This document shows, piece after piece, positions 57,879 through 64,000 of a stretch of DNA of 64,000 nucleotides. Origin of the DNA: Anaerolineae bacterium (lineage in GTDB: Bacteria; Chloroflexota; Anaerolineae; Aggregatilineales; Phototrophicaceae); contig JALHNT010000013.1 in NCBI GenBank assembly GCA_022843385.1, forward strand, positions 62,197 to 126,196, written 5' to 3'. The stretch's first letter is position 1. Each line of letters opens with the position of its first letter. The notes under the pieces were generated by a model. The model did no database searches and was not told where the DNA came from. It saw nothing but the letters and a program-made list of their open reading frames with translations. The position numbers and the translations under genes are program-made.

Positions 57879-58295
57879 ATGATGCTGGATCGAGCGATGG
57901 TGTTCGGGTTAGCCGCCTCGATTGTGGCGCTGGTATTCATTCTGGAGCTGGTGCGGCGGCGCAAACTGCGCGAGGAATACTCGCTGTTGTGGCTGGCGAC
58001 GGCGGGGGCGCTGATCGTCCTGAGCGTGTCGCGTCCGCTGCTGGATACGCTGGCGAATTGGGTGGGCATCTTTTACCCGCCCAGCGCCCTGTTTCTGGTG
58101 GCAGTGATCTTCGTGCTGTTCATCCTGCTGCACTTCTCGACTGTGGTCACGCGCCTATCGCAGGAGAGCAAGGAGAGCGCCCAGCAGTTGGCGCTGCTGC
58201 GCTGGCAGCTAGAACAGACTCATAAAGAACTGGTTCTGCTGCGCCAGCAGCACGCCGATGAAGATCAGCACCAGCAGCACCGTGACATAAATTGA
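57879..58295 (+). CDS. DUF2304 family membrane protein
   Basis: ELVRRRKLREEYSLLW..LA..GI.YPP..L..AQQLAL pattern. Confidence 0.85.
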   Translation: MMLDRAMVFGLAASIVALVFILELVRRRKLREEYSLLWLATAGALIVLSVSRPLLDTLANWVGIFYPPSALFLVAVIFVLFILLHFSTVVTRLSQESKESAQQLALLRWQLEQTHKELVLLRQQHADEDQHQQHRDIN

Positions 58296-59099
58296 GATGA
58301 CCCAGACGTTGCGCTTGAGCGGGTTGATGTCGTCGCCCTGAATATCATCGGGGTTATCGGGATGACGACGCAGGTTGAGGATCGGGCTGATGAACCAGGC
58401 CAGCGCCACGCCGCCGACCAACCCGCCCAGATGCCCCCAGTTGTCGATGTTGACGCTGCTGCCGGGCAGGGATGAAGCGATGCCGGCGAACAGGTTCATC
58501 ACACCGAAGATGATCAGGCTGCGCCGCCGCACCGCGCCGGCCTCGCCGAACAGCTTGCGATGATGCCAGAGGAAAACGAACTCGGCACCGACGATGGCGA
58601 AGACCGCGCCCGACGCCCCCACCGAGTAGACCTCCGGCCCGCCGAGCAGGATGCTCAACACCGAACCAGCCATCCCACCCAGCAGATAGACGATCAGGAA
58701 GCGGGCGTGACCGAACAATCGCTCCAGCGAGGTGCCGACGGCGAAGAGGATGTACATATTCGAGATCAGGTGAAAGCTCATCCCCAGCGCCACCTCATTG
58801 CCGATGCCATAATAGATGCCAGCATGGAGGAACATGGCGGTGAACAGTCGGTAATACTCCCCGCCGCGAAAGACATCCGGCGTGTGGTTAGACCCCCAGA
58901 GGAAGATCTGCTCATCCAGGCTGGGTGAGGCGGCCCGCGCCAGAAAGATCAGCACATTGATGGCGATCAGCACATAGGTGGCGTAGGGTGAAACCGATGG
59001 GATGCGAAGGTTGACTCTGGGGCGCGGCTGGGGATCGGATGGAGGTGGCTGCTGCTCCAGCGGATGACGGCGTTCAAGCGGGTGCTGCGGTTGCGACAT
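58209..59099 (-). CDS. Rhomboid intramembrane serine protease
   Basis: RLFTAMFLH, HL..NM, GASGA and HLGG motifs. Confidence 0.93.
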   Translation of the reverse strand: MSQPQHPLERRHPLEQQPPPSDPQPRPRVNLRIPSVSPYATYVLIAINVLIFLARAASPSLDEQIFLWGSNHTPDVFRGGEYYRLFTAMFLHAGIYYGIGNEVALGMSFHLISNMYILFAVGTSLERLFGHARFLIVYLLGGMAGSVLSILLGGPEVYSVGASGAVFAIVGAEFVFLWHHRKLFGEAGAVRRRSLIIFGVMNLFAGIASSLPGSSVNIDNWGHLGGLVGGVALAWFISPILNLRRHPDNPDDIQGDDINPLKRNVWVISIYVTVLLVLIFIGVLLAQQNQFFMSLF

Positions 59100-59167
59100 G
59101 CCCGGACACTTTCAGGTATACTTTCAGCAACTCAGAACTATAATCGATTCAGGGTTTACGATCAACT

Positions 59168-59557
59168 ATGCCCAGCTACGACTTCCGCTGCAACACCTGC
59201 GGCAAACCCTTTAGTCAGTTCTTCAAGTCGATCCACGATTACGATCCGGCAGCGGTACATGCCTGTCCCCATTGTGGCAGCGACCAGACAGTTCGGCGCA
59301 TCCGGCGCGTCGCTATCCAGAAGCCGGGGCGCGATTTGAGCCAGCTCGACTCCGGCGAGATGTTGAATGTGATGAACAGCGGCAATCCGCGCGAGATCGG
59401 CAAGCTGTTCCAGCAGGTGGCGGAGACCACCGGCGAAGACCTGGGCGGGACGTACCAGGAGGCCACCGAACGCCTGCTCAAAGGGGAAAGCCCGGACAGC
59501 ATCGAGCGCGACCTGAGCGCGGCTGAATCGCCGGCGGGTGGCGGCGACAGCGATTGA
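59168..59557 (+). CDS. FmdB-family zinc-ribbon protein
   Basis: MP.YDFRC..CG..F ... CPHCGS. Confidence 0.88.
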   Translation: MPSYDFRCNTCGKPFSQFFKSIHDYDPAAVHACPHCGSDQTVRRIRRVAIQKPGRDLSQLDSGEMLNVMNSGNPREIGKLFQQVAETTGEDLGGTYQEATERLLKGESPDSIERDLSAAESPAGGGDSD

Positions 59558-59603
59558 GTGCCTGAGTCACCCAACGAACTCAGTCAACCCGGGGTTCTTC
59601 CGC

Positions 59604-60452
59604 CTAGAGCGAGATGAGGATGATGGCCACCACCGCCAACCCAATCCCCACAAGCTGCCCACGGCGCAGGTGTTCCTTTAGCATCAGCCAGGCCAGTATC
59701 GCAGTCACTGCTGGATAGAGTGAAGAGACGACTGCTGCGATGTCCAGTCGACCGGCTCGTTCAGCCAGCATATAGAAGGCATTGCCACAAACATCGAGCG
59801 CACCCGCCATGATGATCGTCAGGAGCAATCCGCGTGAGGCCGGTCGCCACGGCTGGTGCGTCAGCCGCACCAGAGTCAGCGATGCCAGCGCCGATGCTGT
59901 CCGGGCTGCCGCCAGCGGCCAGAATAATCCCTGGCTCTCAACATTGGCGATGAGAATGAAGAAGCCGCCAAAACCAATTCCCGCCAGCAGCGCCAGCATC
60001 AGGATGCGGCGGTCAGGCATCTGCCCTTCGGAATATGACACCAGCCACAGGCTGACCATGCCCAGAACAAAACCCAGCACCTGGGTCGCAGCCGGCAGCC
60101 CTCGCGTGAATAAACCGAATGCCACTGGCACGATCACAGCGGCCACAGCCACCACCGGCGCAGCCAACCCCATCCGCCCCAGCGATAATGCCTGATAAAA
60201 GCAGCCAAGCCCCAGCGCACCGGCCAGCCCGGCCAGCGTGCCCCACAGCAGATCAATGCCGGTTGGCAGCATCTCGCCGGTCAACAACGCCAGCGCCAGC
60301 AGCACGACCAGACCCGCCAGATGGCCGACAGCAACAACGCTGACGGCGGGCAGTCGTTTGGTCGCCAGCCCGCCGCAGAAGTCACCAGAGCCGAATGAGA
60401 GCGAAGCCAGCAAGCCGAAGAGAATGACAGAAAGTTCTGCTGAGATGAGCAT
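59604..60452 (-). CDS. EamA/DMT family transporter
   Basis: Ten TMs, GSGDFCGG, FYQAL..G and SSLYPAVT..LA...LKE motifs. Confidence 0.88.
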   Translation of the reverse strand: MLISAELSVILFGLLASLSFGSGDFCGGLATKRLPAVSVVAVGHLAGLVVLLALALLTGEMLPTGIDLLWGTLAGLAGALGLGCFYQALSLGRMGLAAPVVAVAAVIVPVAFGLFTRGLPAATQVLGFVLGMVSLWLVSYSEGQMPDRRILMLALLAGIGFGGFFILIANVESQGLFWPLAAARTASALASLTLVRLTHQPWRPASRGLLLTIIMAGALDVCGNAFYMLAERAGRLDIAAVVSSLYPAVTAILAWLMLKEHLRRGQLVGIGLAVVAIILISL

Positions 60453-60569
60453 GGTGATGGCTATTCCTGATGGCGTCAGTCAACTGGTGCGCATCGCGAT
60501 CCGCCAACACTATAGGTTTTCACCAGGTGAGCAACAATCGAGCCCAAAAAGCCGCTTGTCCCGGCTTCA

Positions 60570-61325
60570 TCATGGATCAACCTGCTCGTCGGTCATGCCG
60601 AAGCGTCGTGTGCGGCGACCATATTCCACAATCGCCTTGCGCAGCTCTTCCTTGTCGAAGTCCGGCCAGTAAACCGGGGTGAAATAATACTCGGCATAGG
60701 CTGCCTGCCAGATGAGGAAGTTACTGATCCGCAGTTCGCCGCTGGTGCGGATGACCATATCCGGGTCGGGCAGCCCGCCAGTATACATATAGCTGTTGAG
60801 CAGGTCTTCACTGACTTGTTCAGCCGTCACGCCCGCCCGCACAATCTCGCGGACAGCATTGACGATCTCATCACGCCCGCCATAGTTGAAGGCCACATTG
60901 AGGATCAGCCGTTTGTTGTTTTTGGTGTATTCACAGGCATCCAGGATTTCCCGCTGAAGCGCTGGCGCAACCTGATCGAGCTTACCCAGATGCCGAATCT
61001 GCACGCCGTTGGTGTGTAATTCCTTCAGTTCGCGCTTCAGCACCGTTTGCAGGATGCTCATCAGCAACCGCACTTCCATCGGTGGACGGCGCCAGTTTTC
61101 TGTGGAAAAGGCATAAATCGTCAGAATTTGTACGCCAAACTCGACACAGGCGCGGATGATCTGGCGCAGGTTTTCGGTCCCCTGCCGGTGGCCTTCGGTA
61201 CGCGGCAGGCCACGGGCCTTCGCCCAGCGCCCGTTGCCATCCATGATGATCGCGATGTGTTTGGGCAGATTCTCGAACTGATTGTCGCTGCTCACAGGCG
61301 TCTCTTTGGTTGCAGGAACGAACAT
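60570..61325 (-). CDS. uppS: Undecaprenyl diphosphate synthase
   Basis: [29 protein letters not shown] and [15 protein letters not shown] motifs. Start may be GTG 61295. Confidence 0.96.
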   Translation of the reverse strand: MFVPATKETPVSSDNQFENLPKHIAIIMDGNGRWAKARGLPRTEGHRQGTENLRQIIRACVEFGVQILTIYAFSTENWRRPPMEVRLLMSILQTVLKRELKELHTNGVQIRHLGKLDQVAPALQREILDACEYTKNNKRLILNVAFNYGGRDEIVNAVREIVRAGVTAEQVSEDLLNSYMYTGGLPDPDMVIRTSGELRISNFLIWQAAYAEYYFTPVYWPDFDKEELRKAIVEYGRRTRRFGMTDEQVDP

Positions 61326-61398
61326 GCCTATTCCCCAATGGATATGGTGAAGCGTCTATCGTTATAGTACACCGCGAATCGGTTGTTTTCCTTAACGA

Positions 61399-61956
61399 TC
61401 AAACCTCCAGAATATCCTTTTCTTTCGCTTTGCCCAGCTCCTCGATCTGCGCGATGAACTGGTCCGTCAGCTTCTGCACTTCGGCCTCGCCGCGCTCCAG
61501 ATCATCTTCAGAGATCAGCTTCTCTTTTTCGAAGTCCTTCAGGTCATCATTCGCGCTGCGCCGGATGTTGCGAATAGCGATGCGGGCCTCTTCCATACGG
61601 CGGTGCAAGAACTTGACCAGGTCCTGGCGGCGTTCACGAGTCAGCGGCGGCATGTTCAACCGGATGACATCGCTGTCGGTGTTGGGGTTAATGCCCAGAT
61701 CGGAGTCACGGATGGCTTTCTCGATGGATTTGAGCGCGCCTTTGTCGAACGGGCGGATGAGGATTTGCATGGCTTCGGGCGTCGAGATCGTCGCCAACTG
61801 GCGCAGCGCCGTCTCCTGCCCATAATAGTCAACCATCAGCCGGTCTACCAGCGCCGTGCTGGCTCGTCCGCTGCGCATCCCGTGTAGGTCTTCTTCAAAG
61901 ACGTGGATGCTGGTCTTCATTTTGTTCTTGGTTTCAGTGAGTATGTCGTTAATCAT
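61399..61956 (-). CDS. frr: Ribosome recycling factor
   Basis: RSGRAS, DYYG, PPLTRERR, IRNIRR, VQKLTD and KEKDILEV motifs. Confidence 0.97.
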   Translation of the reverse strand: MINDILTETKNKMKTSIHVFEEDLHGMRSGRASTALVDRLMVDYYGQETALRQLATISTPEAMQILIRPFDKGALKSIEKAIRDSDLGINPNTDSDVIRLNMPPLTRERRQDLVKFLHRRMEEARIAIRNIRRSANDDLKDFEKEKLISEDDLERGEAEVQKLTDQFIAQIEELGKAKEKDILEV

Positions 61957-62121
61957 GGCAACGGAACCCTCCGTAAGTTTAAGTAGCGGAACCGACTGAT
62001 GGTGATGAATGACCATTATAGCGCGCAACATTCCAACATGAGAACGCTCGTCTGGGCTGGATTACACGATTGGTCAATCCTCGGCAGTGAGCAGCCATCT
62101 GCCGGGGTGGCGGCCTGTCAA

Positions 62122-62868
62122 TCAATCGACTTTCGTCAGCAGGATCGGCTCGCCGCGCGTGATGATGACGGTATGTTCATATTGGGCTGCCGGACTGCCA
62201 TCGGGAGTCTTGAGCGTCCACTTATCCGGCGCAGTGTAGATGCGATTGGCTTTGGTTGAGACGAATGGCTCAATGGTGATGACCATGCCCTCCACCAGCT
62301 TATCGCGCAGGCGTGGGTTGAAGAAGCCAGGAACATTGGGCGGCTCGTGCAGTTTGCGCCCGACGCCATGACCGGGTAGATCGCGGATGACGCGGAAACC
62401 GGCGCCGCGTACTACCTGCTCCATCGCCCGCCCGATGGTATTCACCGGTTGGCCGGCTCGCGCCGCCTGAATCCCTTTTTGCATGGCCTGATAGGCGGTG
62501 TCCGCCAGCTTCTGCTTGAGCGCCGATACCGGCAGAATCGGCATAGTCGCTCCAGTGTCAGCGAAGTAGCCATCCAGTTCTGCCGAGACATCGATGTTCA
62601 GCAGATCGCCGACCTTAATCACCCGCCGACCGGGGATGCCGTGCGCCGCTTCGTCGTCAATGCTGATACAGGTCGAGCCAGGGAACTGGTACATCACAAT
62701 CGGGGCGGGGCGCGCCCCCTCGCGGCGCAGGAATTCAGCGCCAATGGCGTCCAACTCGCCGGTGGTCATGCCAGGGCGGACGGCTTCCTTCATGCGCTTC
62801 AGGGCAGTGCCAACCACCTTGCCGACTCGCACCAACCCAGCCATATCCTGTTGGGATTCCACAATCAT
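62122..62868 (-). CDS. map: Type I methionine aminopeptidase
   Basis: CIS..HGIP, NIDVS..DGYFADT, GHGVG..LHE.P, TIEP and AQYEHT motifs. Confidence 0.94.
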   Translation of the reverse strand: MIVESQQDMAGLVRVGKVVGTALKRMKEAVRPGMTTGELDAIGAEFLRREGARPAPIVMYQFPGSTCISIDDEAAHGIPGRRVIKVGDLLNIDVSAELDGYFADTGATMPILPVSALKQKLADTAYQAMQKGIQAARAGQPVNTIGRAMEQVVRGAGFRVIRDLPGHGVGRKLHEPPNVPGFFNPRLRDKLVEGMVITIEPFVSTKANRIYTAPDKWTLKTPDGSPAAQYEHTVIITRGEPILLTKVD

Positions 62869-63191
62869 TGCGTTATCACTTGTTTTTTGCTGGTCAGAAT
62901 GGACGCGAGTATACCAGAAGCCTGTACGAAACGGTGCAGTTATTTGGCGGGCTGATTGTCAGGAGGGTTGTGCCAGTCACACCGTATTCGCTTTCGTCGC
63001 CCTAATCGCCTCTCGGCCTGACTTGACAAATCGCGGCCTGTACCCATCCGATTCCCTTCATAAATCCCTCACATCCTGAAGGGTGTTTCATGATGGAAAA
63101 ATCCCCATAATGGGAATATGTTCCAGAGGCAGGGATAAACCATGTCTCAAGGGTCGCATTTGCGTAAATCGCGGAGCAAGGAGATCAATCC

Positions 63192-63590
63192 ATGAGCAGT
63201 ATAGAACAAAACATAGCACTTATCCGTCGGTTGTTCCAGGAGGTCTTAAGTGAAGGGAATGCTGCGCTCGTGGATGAATTCTTCAACCAGGATTTTCTGG
63301 ATCATACACTGCCACCTGATGCTCCCCAGGGAGCATCGACTTTCAAGGAGTTTGTGTTAACGCTCCGTACCGCCTTCCCTGATATTGAATTTGCGATTGA
63401 TGATGTGATCGCGGAGGAGGATAAAGTCGTGGTTCGCTATCGAACACGTGGTACGCATCTTGCTCCCTATTTTGGTGATTCTCCTACTGGTAAGCTGAAA
63501 AAGACACACGGAATCACTATCCTAAGGATCACCAAAGGTAGGGTAGTTGAGCATTGGGGCGTCAACAATTATCCAGGTGTGAACGAATAG
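63192..63590 (+). CDS. SnoaL-like ester cyclase
   Basis: AFPD...I..VIAEEDKVVVR...GTH...G.VVEHW pattern. Confidence 0.85.
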   Translation: MSSIEQNIALIRRLFQEVLSEGNAALVDEFFNQDFLDHTLPPDAPQGASTFKEFVLTLRTAFPDIEFAIDDVIAEEDKVVVRYRTRGTHLAPYFGDSPTGKLKKTHGITILRITKGRVVEHWGVNNYPGVNE

Positions 63591-63758
63591 ACTGGGTGAA
63601 GACCAGAGCTGTGTGATTATGCTGCAACCATTTATAAGGACGATCACCAGCTCATCCCAGCCATTATAGAACGAGTATCGACAGCCAGAATTTGCAACTT
63701 CCACAGAAGGTAGACTATAAATGACAGAATAATCACTCTACTGAGCTGGGATGCTGTT

Positions 63759-64000
63759 ATGACTGCTGAAGCTGATTGGAGTCGCTTCGGGGGGCTAACT
63801 GCGCGCGAGCGCGACATCCTGCAATTGCTGGCGCAGGACCTTACCGATCGTGAGATCGCCAATCGTCTCTTTGTGGCCCATTCTACAGTGCGATGGTACA
63901 ACCGGCAAATATATAGCAAACTCGGAGTAGAGAATCGTCATCAGGCGGTTGAACACGCATTTGCATTAGGGATGATTAAGCCTGCGAACCCGCAGGACGC
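63759..64000 (+). CDS. LuxR-type HTH protein, 3'-truncated by the window edge
   Basis: Absent from the ORF track. Translates to MTAEADWSRFGGLTARERDILQLLAQDLTDREIANRLFVAHSTVRWYNRQIYSKLGVENR... Confidence 0.88.
   Translation, partial: MTAEADWSRFGGLTARERDILQLLAQDLTDREIANRLFVAHSTVRWYNRQIYSKLGVENRHQAVEHAFALGMIKPANPQD

Noticed and set aside
63644-63919. 91-aa minus-strand ORF
   Set aside because: It is antisense to the clear LuxR-HTH gene starting at 63759.

Overview
This is a gene-dense, GC-rich bacterial chromosomal window with about 55 CDS. It most likely comes from a Chloroflexota (Anaerolineae-like) organism; this is inferred from the expanded SH3/LysM/PA14 surface proteins, Pro/Thr-rich lipoproteins, STAS/SEC14-like paralogs and DUF4058. 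Housekeeping genes include gatB, frr, uppS, map and cutC. No rRNA, tRNA, CRISPR array or intact transposase was recognised. Highlights: (1) a 3383-aa secreted protein with an intact S8 protease domain, a beta-helix, Ig-like spacers and 12 tandem ~125-aa lectin-like modules; (2) an unannotated leaderless 22-codon uORF with alternative hairpins, probably an attenuator, upstream of an ABC-F ATPase; (3) a 121-bp MITE with a TAA target duplication, carrying a REP-like palindrome and lying between heptamer repeat tracts; (4) three tandem STAS/SEC14-like paralogs, the first apparently starting at ATA; (5) a split membrane spermidine-synthase-like methyltransferase next to a GT-C-like membrane protein; (6) a cluster of three Gfo/Idh/MocA oxidoreductases with a TIM-barrel isomerase/eliminase. 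All family calls come from motif recognition by eye, with no database searches.
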